32,000 bases of DNA, from assembly GCA_903872345.1 (NCBI GenBank), contig CAIQKM010000194.1, positions 5,448 to 37,447 on the forward strand. Direction: 5' to 3'. The first letter of the stretch is position 1; every line of letters begins with the position of its first letter. The notes below the pieces were generated by a model. It saw nothing but the letters and a program-made list of their open reading frames with translations. It ran no database searches and had not been told where the DNA came from. The translations under genes were made by a program, and so were the position numbers. Source of the DNA: an uncultured Verrucomicrobia subdivision 3 bacterium (lineage in GTDB: Bacteria > Verrucomicrobiota > Verrucomicrobiia > Limisphaerales > UBA11358). This document shows positions 16,077 to 24,612 of this stretch, piece by piece.

Positions 16077-18815
16077 TCACACTGCCTCGTGACTTTGAGA
16101 ATTAATTTCATGAGGATTGTATCTTGGTGATTTCAACGTGATTGTTGTCGCCCCCAGGGATGCATAATCGGCTGGATTACAGGAGAGAACGATCACTTGG
16201 AGCCCACGCGTGGCGGCCAGATCTAACATGCGCTGAAGCTGATTCACGCGCTCGGGATCGGAGTATGCGAATGCATCGTCGAAGACAATGGGCAGACATC
16301 CGCCGTACTCACCCGCGAGAACCTCGGCCATCGCCAGACGTACGGCAGCCGCAGTTTGCTCCTTCGCCCCGCCGCTCAGCGTATCGAAAGCAAAAGGGGC
16401 GCCACCGGAATTCGGCCGAGAAAGGCGAAGGCCGGTGAATTCGTTATTTTCCAAATCAACCTGAACTCGCGCCCCCACACCAAATACACACTGGAGATAT
16501 CCCGAAATTTTGTCCGCGAGCGGTTGGGTGAATTGCTCCGACAAATTTTTTTGTTCTTCCTCGAACAACTGATTTAGCAATGCAATGGCCTGCGCCTGCC
16601 TCAACACACTGTTTCGGTGATCGGTGGCGGACCGAGCCTTTGCCGCGGCAGTCGCCAACTCGGTGGCCGGGTCTTCACTGCCATCTGATATGAGGGCAGC
16701 CTTGGCTACGGCAATCTGTTTCCCGGCCTCGTTTTGCTCAGCGGTTTTTTCTTTGATGGCACGCACGATCCGGGTGCGATCACTCTCCAAAAGTTCTGGT
16801 TGCAGGGAGATGATGGCGTTGGTGGTACCTTTGAGAAGTTGGGTTGCCGCCTCTTTGGCGGCTTCACACTCGACCAGCGCCTGACTTCGGAAGTTGTCAT
16901 CTCCATGGGTTTTTTGCAGCAGATCGAGTTGAGCATTTAAACCAGTCAGTTTTGCTCTTTGCTTCTCAGTCTCCAGCCGCTTCTCGGCCAATGACTTTTC
17001 CACAGTCGCGAATTTTTTACCCGCACGCTCATAAATGGTTTGGTTTGCGGTTTCTAGGTCTTCGGCTTCACTTAATTTTGCCCCCAATGCCTTCGCAGAG
17101 GATTTAGCGTTAACTTTATTTTCCGGAACTGGCACATCGGATACCACAGCCGCGAGACGCTCGACGCTGGCATTAGCGGTGGTAAGTTCATTCAGAGCAT
17201 ATTGCAGTTCTTGGTCGATTTCCACCGCTCCCATTCCATCCAGTTCGGCCTGGACGATTTTAATTTGGGAGCTAATCTCGACACGGCTCGCATGAGCTTC
17301 TACTGCCTGCTTTACGGATTGAATTCCCAATGAATCAAGAAAGTCCTGAAGCTCTTTTAACGCATCGGCTTCGGTCTGACGAGCTTCGGCGAGACTGATG
17401 CCTCCGCCTGGTTGAATCCGTAGGCGAACCGTCGAACCGATCCGAACCTCGGTGTCTGCTGTGAGAATTTGCCGTTGCCCGACCTTGATGGACTCCCCAC
17501 CCGCGTTTACTGGTTTGTCGGCATCAATGACTTCCAGCCCAGTTGCCATCGCCTGGAGCGCGGAACGGGCGTTGGAGCATAAGCCGTCCAACTTTTGTAT
17601 TTTTACCAGATCGGTTTTGTCAAAGTTCGGCAATTTAGCGAGTTGCTTTTCCAACCCAGAAAGTTTGTCGCGGAACTTGGAAATCTTCTTTGCTTTAGCA
17701 TCAAGCTTGGCGTGGAGCTCGATTTTTTCGAATTGTAAAATGTGCGACAAAGCCAGGTCGCGCCGGAACCTTGCGGTGCGAACCACCTCCGCTGCATTGC
17801 GATATGCTGTTTCTGCCATCGCCGCCTGGCTCTTGGCCTCCTGGCAAGATTCCGCCAGTTCATTGATTGCTTCATCCTGGGGTTTCAGGTTTGCCTCAAG
17901 CTCAGAAATTTCCCTGCGGGTTGCGACAATCTGTCGATTGGCAGTATCCAATGCATTATACCGGGCAGTCGCACCTTTCGCTGCGTGAGATTGCTCAATT
18001 TCTTGTTGGCGCAGTTCTACCAGCTGTCGCGAATTGGTTTCAATGGCTTCTTGTTGTTTCGACAAGCCATCAAGGATTTTACCGCTCTCGGCCAGAGTTC
18101 GAGATGCGCTCTCCAAGTCGGCAGCAGCCGAATCGAGCTTCTGCATTTGATCCTTGGCACTCGCAAGCCGGTCTAGAGAAGCAATGCAGGCTCGTTCGGC
18201 GCGTTCAAGTTCAGATCCAACCTTTGGCTTGTCCGCTTGGGTGTAAATTTGTTCTCTCGCATCGGCGAAATATTTCGCCGTGCGGACATCGAGTTCAGAC
18301 TGTAGCGCAGCGGCGCCACCCAGGTGCTGCAAACGTTGAAGTAATGCATTTTGCTGTGCGGTGGCGTGCTCCGATGGATCGTTGCCGGCCTGCCCCTGCC
18401 AAACCCAAAGGTGAGCCCATTGGATCGGAATGGCTTTGCCGGATATGCCAGGCTCCACGCTAAGCAGACGGGCCAACTCGCTTTCAGCGGCATCGCCCGT
18501 TATCAAAACCGCGTTGGAAGGCGTCAAGGAGGTGCTGCCGGTGGCGCCGAACCGTTTTTTCAGAACGTATGTGTGGCCACCAGCTTCAAACGTCAGATCC
18601 ACCTCCGGGTGACCAGCGTGCAGTGCAGAGTTTAACGCCCGGTGGTATTCAGTATTTCCTTTGGCTTTTAAAAATAAAGCGCGATGCACCGCCTCAATCA
18701 GGGTACTTTTGCCGCTTTCATTCGGACCGCCAATAAGCGTGAGGGAGGGGTCAAAGTCCAGCTTCAATTCACGATGCAGCCGGTAATTTCGAAGAACAAC
18801 TGAGATGAGGTGCAT
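16077..18815 (-). CDS. SbcC/Rad50/YhaN-like SMC-family ATPase
   Basis: 912-aa ORF. Walker A is TLIGGPNESGKSTLIEAV. A long Q/E/A/L-rich central region looks like coiled coil. The signature motif is LSGGAKEQTAAAVRLAMAEVL and Walker B/D-loop is LPIVFDDAFAYSD. Confidence 0.9.
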   Translation of the reverse strand: MHLISVVLRNYRLHRELKLDFDPSLTLIGGPNESGKSTLIEAVHRALFLKAKGNTEYHRALNSALHAGHPEVDLTFEAGGHTYVLKKRFGATGSTSLTPSNAVLITGDAAESELARLLSVEPGISGKAIPIQWAHLWVWQGQAGNDPSEHATAQQNALLQRLQHLGGAAALQSELDVRTAKYFADAREQIYTQADKPKVGSELERAERACIASLDRLASAKDQMQKLDSAAADLESASRTLAESGKILDGLSKQQEAIETNSRQLVELRQQEIEQSHAAKGATARYNALDTANRQIVATRREISELEANLKPQDEAINELAESCQEAKSQAAMAETAYRNAAEVVRTARFRRDLALSHILQFEKIELHAKLDAKAKKISKFRDKLSGLEKQLAKLPNFDKTDLVKIQKLDGLCSNARSALQAMATGLEVIDADKPVNAGGESIKVGQRQILTADTEVRIGSTVRLRIQPGGGISLAEARQTEADALKELQDFLDSLGIQSVKQAVEAHASRVEISSQIKIVQAELDGMGAVEIDQELQYALNELTTANASVERLAAVVSDVPVPENKVNAKSSAKALGAKLSEAEDLETANQTIYERAGKKFATVEKSLAEKRLETEKQRAKLTGLNAQLDLLQKTHGDDNFRSQALVECEAAKEAATQLLKGTTNAIISLQPELLESDRTRIVRAIKEKTAEQNEAGKQIAVAKAALISDGSEDPATELATAAAKARSATDHRNSVLRQAQAIALLNQLFEEEQKNLSEQFTQPLADKISGYLQCVFGVGARVQVDLENNEFTGLRLSRPNSGGAPFAFDTLSGGAKEQTAAAVRLAMAEVLAGEYGGCLPIVFDDAFAYSDPERVNQLQRMLDLAATRGLQVIVLSCNPADYASLGATTITLKSPRYNPHEINSQSHEAV

Positions 18816-18827
18816 AACGGTAACCCT

Positions 18828-19994
18828 TTAATGTTTATTGCTAGCGGCGTAAAGTTCGCGCAAAGCGATACGCACAACCGCAGTTTGATCATTTTCCACC
18901 AATGCCATGCTTACTAATTTTGACGCCACACGGGATACCAGAGGGTCATCCGCCCGCCGAGAGAGCCCATCCAATTCGGCGGGGGATGGGGCAATAACGG
19001 TTTGATTAACCAGCTTAACCCTAATCAGCCGCGCGCCCCACGACTCTATCATTCGGTCCAGCTGCGTGGAAGCTTCAATGCCGAGGGAACCGCTCAAGTT
19101 CAAGCGGAGTAAATCCTGGTTTGCTCGTTTTGCAATTTTTTCATCTACCAAAGTGTTCAGGTGGTCAAGCCCGGCATCGTCGGGAAAATTAAAAACCAAT
19201 TCGTGCCACCCGATCGCGCCAGTCCGAATGCACTGAACCTTGGGTAATTCACCGCGGCTGACTTCGACCATTAGGATATTACCAGGGTTGTGGTCTTGTC
19301 CTTTGACAAACCGATCCAGTTCGGGAGTACCTGAATACCACGCTTTGTCACTTACCTGCTTGGCCCCATGCCAGTCACCCAACGCAATGTAATCAAAGTC
19401 GTTCCCGGAGAGTCGACTCAAATCTATTAAATTGGGCGCGCCCGCATCAGATTCATCCTCGTCCGGAAGTGTCCCAAAGCTCAAAACGCTCCCATGCGCA
19501 AGAATAATTCTGGGTTTGCTGCCAAAACGTTCACCAAAATCCAGCGTCGACCGTAACCAAGAGGTTGGATCGTTGGCCTCATGTCGGCGCAACAGTGGGC
19601 ACGGAAAGAGTACCGCATTTTCAAGCTCAACCGGCTCAGCTTTGAGCAGCATTTTGAGATTCGGAGCGAGCTTGTCACGTTCACGTTGAAAAAACTCCTG
19701 TCCCCATAGGCTGCCAGCTCCGCCATGGTCGTGGTTGCCTGGAATGGCAAACACTGGAATTTTCATGTCGCCGATGGCGCTGCATGCTGCGGCCACCGTG
19801 GATTTGGTTGCACTTGGTGAGTCGAAGAGATCGCCAGCGATCAAAATAAACTCAGCGCCATATTCCCTGGCTTTATTGGCGATTCGTTTGAGGACGGAGA
19901 GCCGTTCATTTTGAAGGATCGCCCGCTTCTGCCCATCGTCCACCCCGGCAAATGGCTTGCCGAGTTGCCAATCGGCTGTATGTATAAATTTCAT
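18828..19994 (-). CDS. SbcD/Mre11-like calcineurin-fold metallophosphoesterase (putative nuclease)
   Basis: 388-aa ORF. Motifs are FIHTADWQLG (the first motif reads DWQ, not the usual DxH), IAGDLFD, IPGNHDH, ILAHGS and LGDWHG. Its stop lies 12 nt before the start of the SbcC-like gene. Confidence 0.9.
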   Translation of the reverse strand: MKFIHTADWQLGKPFAGVDDGQKRAILQNERLSVLKRIANKAREYGAEFILIAGDLFDSPSATKSTVAAACSAIGDMKIPVFAIPGNHDHGGAGSLWGQEFFQRERDKLAPNLKMLLKAEPVELENAVLFPCPLLRRHEANDPTSWLRSTLDFGERFGSKPRIILAHGSVLSFGTLPDEDESDAGAPNLIDLSRLSGNDFDYIALGDWHGAKQVSDKAWYSGTPELDRFVKGQDHNPGNILMVEVSRGELPKVQCIRTGAIGWHELVFNFPDDAGLDHLNTLVDEKIAKRANQDLLRLNLSGSLGIEASTQLDRMIESWGARLIRVKLVNQTVIAPSPAELDGLSRRADDPLVSRVASKLVSMALVENDQTAVVRIALRELYAASNKH

Positions 19995-20015
19995 CTGGAT
20001 ATAAAAGTCTGCTAT

Positions 20016-20433
20016 TTAATTGCAAGCGTCAGCCACAGTGCCACTGGCTAGGTTCTGATAAATATCATAATTCTGAGAGCTATGAGAACAACGAATGGAA
20101 CCGATTGTTGTCTGTCGCCCCGAACCAAAGGCCAGGAGAAATTGCCGGTATAAGTGGATAACCGGTGAGAGAAACCAGGCGATTTGCAATTCCCACGGCA
20201 ACCAACCAGGCAAATGATAATAATGCATATAAAACAGCCTCATGGAGTTATAAAATGCATCCCCCACCCCTTTGGGAATGTCGCTCGGGTCTAGGAGCCC
20301 GCATAAACCCGAAAGATCCAAGTATCAGCGACAATATTCCAAGACGTAGTGCCGTCATCCACAGATGGCGAACCTTTCCGTCGGGATGATGGACGGCAGT
20401 CATTTCAGGTTGATGTTCGTCTTCACTCATCAC
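20016..20433 (-). pseudogene. Frameshifted, truncated 5' fragment paralogous to the RCK-RyR gene (residues ~1-110)
   Basis: Two overlapping track ORFs in different frames cover it. M(M)SEDEHQPEMTAVHHPDGKVRHLWMTALRLGILSLILGSFGFM matches MSDSEHQPETTAVHHHDGAARRQWMTVLGLGILSLILGTFGFM. DAFYNSMRLFYMHYYHLPGWLPWELQIAWFLSPVI matches DAFYNSMRLFHMHFDHVPGPLPWELQIARFLAPVI. No RCK or RyR part follows. Confidence 0.8.
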
Positions 20434-20495
20434 CTAGATCTGGAAGACTATTGCTTTGCCTTGTTGGCGTAAACCAGATTTTCATGCTCGGTTAC

Positions 20496-20640
20496 GTTTG
20501 AGTTCTGCAAGAATGCCATAGGCGATTTCCCACGGGACGGCCGCGTCACTGGCCATAGGAAATTCCGGGGCGCTGAGGAGGCTTATGAGCTGGCCGACGA
20601 ATGAGTGTCGGGTTGCGATTCGAGCAGGACGAGGAGCTGC
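20496..20640 (-). pseudogene. Degenerate, frameshifted fragment homologous to the 23372-23806 ORF (direct repeat copy A)
   Basis: The sequence cccacgggacggccgcgtcactggccataggaaattccgg...gagctggccgacgaatgagtgtcgggttgcgattcgag matches cccacggggcggccacgtcactggccacgggaagttccgg...gagctggccgagaaagggggtgtccggttgcgattcgag at 23541-23637. A 1-nt gap in copy A breaks LLESQPDT.../...MASDAAVPWEIAY relative to LLESQPDTPFLGQL...VASDVAAPWDITY. Confidence 0.6.
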
Positions 20641-20739
20641 TTAGATGAATATAAACTCGAAATAAATTATATGATTTGGATTCGCCAAGAAGCGATATGC
20701 TTGCCTTGGCAGTTGCATCGCTGCAAACTAAAAACGCAA

Positions 20740-23181
20740 ATGAATCGTAAACGTTATCGGATCGCCTTCTCGTATGCTGGTGAAAAGCGAGAGTTCGTTT
20801 CAAAGGTTGCCGAACTGCTTAAAAAGCGTTTCGGACCGGAGCGGCTTCTTTACGACAAATTCCACGAAGCCCAATTTGCGATTGATGGGCTTGGCGAGAA
20901 ATTGCCTAACCTGTATAGCTCGGAATCCGACCTGATAGTCGTCTTTTTTTGTCCTAATTACCTGGAGAAACCGTGGTGTGGTTTGGAGTGGAGTGCGATT
21001 CATAAGTTGATAGAAAGCAATGAAGAAAATGCAGTGATGTTAATGCGGTTTAATCTTGTTTCCCCAAAAGGGCTTTCTAAGCCTGGTTTTTTGGATCTCG
21101 ATGACCGGACCCCCGAGCAAACCACGGAACTCATTCTCGAGCGTCTTGCAATGAACGAAAACCGGCCAAAACAATTTTACAAAAAAAGGAAAAGAATATT
21201 GGACCGCGATTCACGGGCATTGATAATGGGCGATCCTCCCAATTTGACGCACTTTCATGGGCGCAAGACCGAACTGGATCAGATCATCAAAGATCTCCAA
21301 GATCGCGAGATGAAATGGGTGGCGATCACCGCTGAAGGGGGCAGTGGGAAAACATCGCTGGCGATCCGAGCGGCCCAATTGGTTCCACCGCCGCCATTCA
21401 AGGTGGTTCTGTTCGTTTCCGCGAAACAACGAATGATTGATGATGCCGGCGTACGTTCTTTGAGCGAGTTCTCCCTGACCGGGTGGCCGCAGATGATGAA
21501 TCGAATCGGGGCCTTGCTGGGGCGGGTAGATATAGCCGAATGTCCCCCAAAAACTCGTGCCGACAAACTGATTGATGCGTTCTCTAAAAAAGGGGTACTG
21601 CTGATTCTCGACAACCTCGAATCACTGTCTGAGGACGACCAGAATTCAGTGACCACGTTTGTCGAAAAACTTCCCGATGGCTGCAAAGCGATTTTGACCA
21701 GCCGTAAGCGCATCGGCAGTGTGGAGAAGTCGATTACTGTCGAGAAGTTAAAACAGGAGACCGCGATGGAGCTCTTGAAAGCATTGGCGACGCACAACTC
21801 GCTTTTAGCGAAATTGGATAATGAACAGCGACTGAGGCTTTATGAACAAACGAACGGCAATCCGTTGCTATTGCGATGGACGGTCGGTCAGCTCGGCAAA
21901 GGCTCATGTAGGACAATTAACGATGCACTAGAGTTTCTCGGTTCAGATACCACAAAAAACAATCCTTTCGAGTTCATATTTGGGGATTTGCTCCAATCAT
22001 TTGACAAGGACGAACTTAATGTAATTGCCGCACTTACCTTTCCCAGCCACCCCATCGATGTTCAGGCCATAGCAAAGATATGCGGCATTCCCAGCAACAA
22101 GGCGAAAACCGCACTTAACCTTTTAATCAACAGTTCAGTTGTGGAACCGCATTGCGATGTCCATGAAGAGAAATTTTCATTGATACCTATGGTTGCGGAG
22201 TTCATGCGTAACCGTGATCGCAAGCGTGTGGATAAGATTGGTTTGAAACTTGCCGACCGAGCTTGCGAGATCATCACGAGGAACGGCTATGCACATCATG
22301 ACCTTTTCCCTATTTTGGAAGAGGCGTGGCCAACTATCGCACCAGCTATTCCGATTCTGCGCGCGGGAAAGAACCAGCGGTTTCAAATGGTTTGTTCAGC
22401 ACTCGGTCAGTTTCTGGATTTCAGCGGGCGCTGGGATGAGCGGTTGCAACTTGAACTCGCGGGGGAAAAAGTGGCAACAATGGCAAACGATAAATTGAAT
22501 GCCGGTTGGCGGGCCTGCAATGCCGGTTGGATCTATTTCGCCCGTAAAGACGCAAAAAAAATGCTCGAATGCCTCGATTCCGCTGTAGCCAATTGGAAAA
22601 CCACCAAAGCTGGGAGATACGAAAAATCCTTTACCATGCGATTGCGAGGCGCCTATCACGAACTGATGAACGAAAATGATAAGGCTCTGAAGGAGTTCCG
22701 TATGTCGCTCAACATTCAGCGTAAACTGAAGCCATGTTCGGCAGAAGTTGCCAGAGGGCTAAACGACTTGGCCACCATTGAGGAGCGATTGGGCAACACA
22801 AATGCGGCCGAACAATATCGCAAAAAAGCTTTGGAGGTTGCGCGCAAAACCCGTTTTTCTGAAGGCGTGGCAGCGTATACTGGTTTACTTTCTGAACTTG
22901 CTCTTACGCAGGGTAAGTGGTCACAAGCCGAGTTGCTTGCCCGCGAGGCCTTGGCTCAATCTGAAAAGATTAATAGAAGAATCCTTGTCGCCCGAGACTA
23001 CAGACGCCTTGCGCAAGCGCTGTTGGAGCAGGAGAGGGCTGTAGATGCGTCGCATTTTGCTGAAAAAGCAGTCGCGATTTTCAAGCATCTGCACTCGCCC
23101 GAACTTTCTATGGCTGATGCAATTCTCAAGCAATGTAAATTTAGAAATCGCCCCACAAGGAGCACTAAAAAAACCGCCTGA
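20740..23181 (+). CDS. TIR + NB-ARC/STAND NTPase + TPR protein
   Basis: The track ORF starts at a GTG at 20605, but those first 45 codons lie in the repeated relic in a different frame. I prefer the ATG at 20740 (MNRKRYRIAFSYAGEKREFVSKVAELL...). The TIR domain reads LIVVFFCPNYLEKPWCGLEWSAI, with the conserved Glu present. The P-loop is VAITAEGGSGKTSLAIRAA (~21331-21360) and Walker B is VLLILDNLES. The GNPLLL motif is NB-ARC-like. C-terminal TPRs include GLNDLATIEERLGNTNAAEQYRKKALEVARK. Confidence 0.9.
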   Translation: MNRKRYRIAFSYAGEKREFVSKVAELLKKRFGPERLLYDKFHEAQFAIDGLGEKLPNLYSSESDLIVVFFCPNYLEKPWCGLEWSAIHKLIESNEENAVMLMRFNLVSPKGLSKPGFLDLDDRTPEQTTELILERLAMNENRPKQFYKKRKRILDRDSRALIMGDPPNLTHFHGRKTELDQIIKDLQDREMKWVAITAEGGSGKTSLAIRAAQLVPPPPFKVVLFVSAKQRMIDDAGVRSLSEFSLTGWPQMMNRIGALLGRVDIAECPPKTRADKLIDAFSKKGVLLILDNLESLSEDDQNSVTTFVEKLPDGCKAILTSRKRIGSVEKSITVEKLKQETAMELLKALATHNSLLAKLDNEQRLRLYEQTNGNPLLLRWTVGQLGKGSCRTINDALEFLGSDTTKNNPFEFIFGDLLQSFDKDELNVIAALTFPSHPIDVQAIAKICGIPSNKAKTALNLLINSSVVEPHCDVHEEKFSLIPMVAEFMRNRDRKRVDKIGLKLADRACEIITRNGYAHHDLFPILEEAWPTIAPAIPILRAGKNQRFQMVCSALGQFLDFSGRWDERLQLELAGEKVATMANDKLNAGWRACNAGWIYFARKDAKKMLECLDSAVANWKTTKAGRYEKSFTMRLRGAYHELMNENDKALKEFRMSLNIQRKLKPCSAEVARGLNDLATIEERLGNTNAAEQYRKKALEVARKTRFSEGVAAYTGLLSELALTQGKWSQAELLAREALAQSEKINRRILVARDYRRLAQALLEQERAVDASHFAEKAVAIFKHLHSPELSMADAILKQCKFRNRPTRSTKKTA

Positions 23182-23371
23182 CTTTATTAGGAAATCATAA
23201 AGTTCGATGGCGGTCTGCTTGCGATCCAATTCGACAATCACCTATGCGCAACTATATATTTACCTTGCTCAAAATTTTTTAAATGTCTTGCCTTGGTCAT
23301 TAACTCATCGCATTCCCCCGTCATGTCACAGAAAGTCGAAGAAAAGAAGACACGAATGCATCGATCGTCTT

Positions 23372-23806
23372 TCATGGCCAAGAGGTGTCGAGTGGAATGG
23401 GCTGTTGGTTAAGCCATTCGGGATATGAGTCGAGGGCAGATAATTTGTTGCGGTCGTTCAGCGCGGCGACGAGGGCGGCGAGGAATTCTGCAATGTGCTC
23501 GCCGAGTTTGGTTTCCAAGAACTTGATGAAGTAGGTGATGTCCCACGGGGCGGCCACGTCACTGGCCACGGGAAGTTCCGGGCCAGTGAGGAGGGTTTTG
23601 AGCTGGCCGAGAAAGGGGGTGTCCGGTTGCGATTCGAGTAGGGCGATGAGGTGGCGGAGGAATGCGATACGCGGCGTGGTGTTGGCCTGGGGCGGAGCGT
23701 TCAGACGCCAGTTCGCGGCGAGAATCTGGCGGGCTGGCGGATTATGAGGTGCGTGGCTAGCAGGGTTGGCATCATCATATGGCCTTGGTCTGCCTGGCTT
23801 TGCTCT
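23372..23806 (-). pseudogene. 5'-truncated ORF of unknown family (contains direct repeat copy B, ~23506-23655)
   Basis: The frame is open from 23806 to the stop at 23372 (...ANWRLNAPPQANTTPRIAFLRHLIALLESQPDTPFLGQLKTLLTGPELPVASDVAAPWDITYFIKFLETKLGEHIAEFLAALVAALNDRNKL...). There is no ATG, and the only in-frame start is the GTG at 23569. The upstream part abuts a transposase-tail-like remnant on the other strand. Confidence 0.4.
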
Positions 23807-24021
23807 TCACTACCCAGTCACGCTCGGCTTTGGCTGAGCAATTACCTTTATTGACCGTACGCGATGTGGTGGAGTTGCTGGAAATATATCTACCACGCCG
23901 CCAATACACATTGGAGGAAATTTGGGCCGCCATGGAGCAACGTCATCGCGCCAGACAAAAAGCCATCGATTCAGCCCAAATAAAATTCATTAAGACCCAA
24001 CAGACCATCGCAGATGACTAA
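23779..24021 (+). pseudogene. Possible C-terminal tail remnant of a DDE transposase (IS4/IS701-like)
   Basis: LTVRDVVELLEIYLPRRQYTLEEIWAAMEQRHRARQKAIDS resembles the conserved C-terminal tail pattern (L-x-x-E-V-x-x-LL ... W ... RR-H-x-x-R-A) that I recall from IS4/IS701-type transposases. No catalytic part lies upstream. This is memory-based and weak. Confidence 0.25.
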
Positions 24022-24069
24022 GAAAGTAGAATCAGAAGACATAACTTAACTCCATTGGCAATAAATATC

Positions 24070-24567
24070 TCACTTCTGAACTTTCGTGCGAGGCCTGAAT
24101 GCCTTTGCACGCCGCTCGGCCTCTTGTATCTGTTGTGCCGTCATTTGCTGGGTAACCATGTTGCGAATTTCTCTGGCCTTCGGGTAGCCCCCTTGGTCTG
24201 AAAGGATGATCCATCGGAAAGCCTCAACCCAATCCATCCCGACTCCGTTGCCTTGTCCATAGGAGATCGCAACATTGTATTGAGCCTCGGCATGCCCCCC
24301 TTCGGCAGCAGCAAGGAACCACCGGAATGCCTCTGACGAATCAGGCGCAACCCCATGTCCCCGATCAAATGCGATCCCTAAATTGTATTGGGCTTGTGTG
24401 TCTCCCTGTTCAGCCGCGCGACGATACCACTTGGTGGATTCATGAACATCGCACCGAACCCCTTGACCGAAGAAATAGAAAATGCCAAGGTTGCATTGCG
24501 TGGCAGCATCGCCGGCTTCAGCGCGCCGTTTTGTTTCTTCGAGAAACTCTGGTGTTGGACTTTGCAT
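24070..24567 (-). CDS. Sel1-like (SLR/TPR) repeat protein
   Basis: 165-aa ORF with four tandem ~36-aa repeats of the type A..WYRRAAEQGD.QAQYNLGI.Y..G.GV. Examples are ATQCNLGIFYFFGQGV, AQYNLGIAFDRGHGV and AQYNVAISYGQGNGV. Confidence 0.85.
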   Translation of the reverse strand: MQSPTPEFLEETKRRAEAGDAATQCNLGIFYFFGQGVRCDVHESTKWYRRAAEQGDTQAQYNLGIAFDRGHGVAPDSSEAFRWFLAAAEGGHAEAQYNVAISYGQGNGVGMDWVEAFRWIILSDQGGYPKAREIRNMVTQQMTAQQIQEAERRAKAFRPRTKVQK

Positions 24568-24612
24568 AAATGTAGTTGCGATAGGCCGGTTCCTCCAAGC
24601 CTAAACGTTATT

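Noticed and set aside
16142-18635. Several plus-strand ORFs (up to 198 aa) and a 106-aa minus-strand ORF inside the SbcC-like gene
   Set aside because: They are embedded in a 912-aa gene with Walker A, coiled-coil, LSGG and Walker B in the correct order, and they have no motifs of their own.
16077-19994. SbcC/SbcD-like pair as ordinary housekeeping SbcCD
   Set aside because: This cannot be excluded. I disfavour it because the pair is translationally packed with rSAM/GT genes, sits inside a duplicated-fragment-bounded cassette in an island of TIR/STAND genes, and the SbcD-like first motif is atypical (DWQ).
20605-20739. GTG start at 20605, giving an 858-aa TIR-NLR with a 45-aa N-terminal extension
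   Set aside because: The extension is translated from the repeated relic (copy A) in a frame unrelated to that relic's own coding frame. The TIR domain begins immediately after the ATG at 20740.
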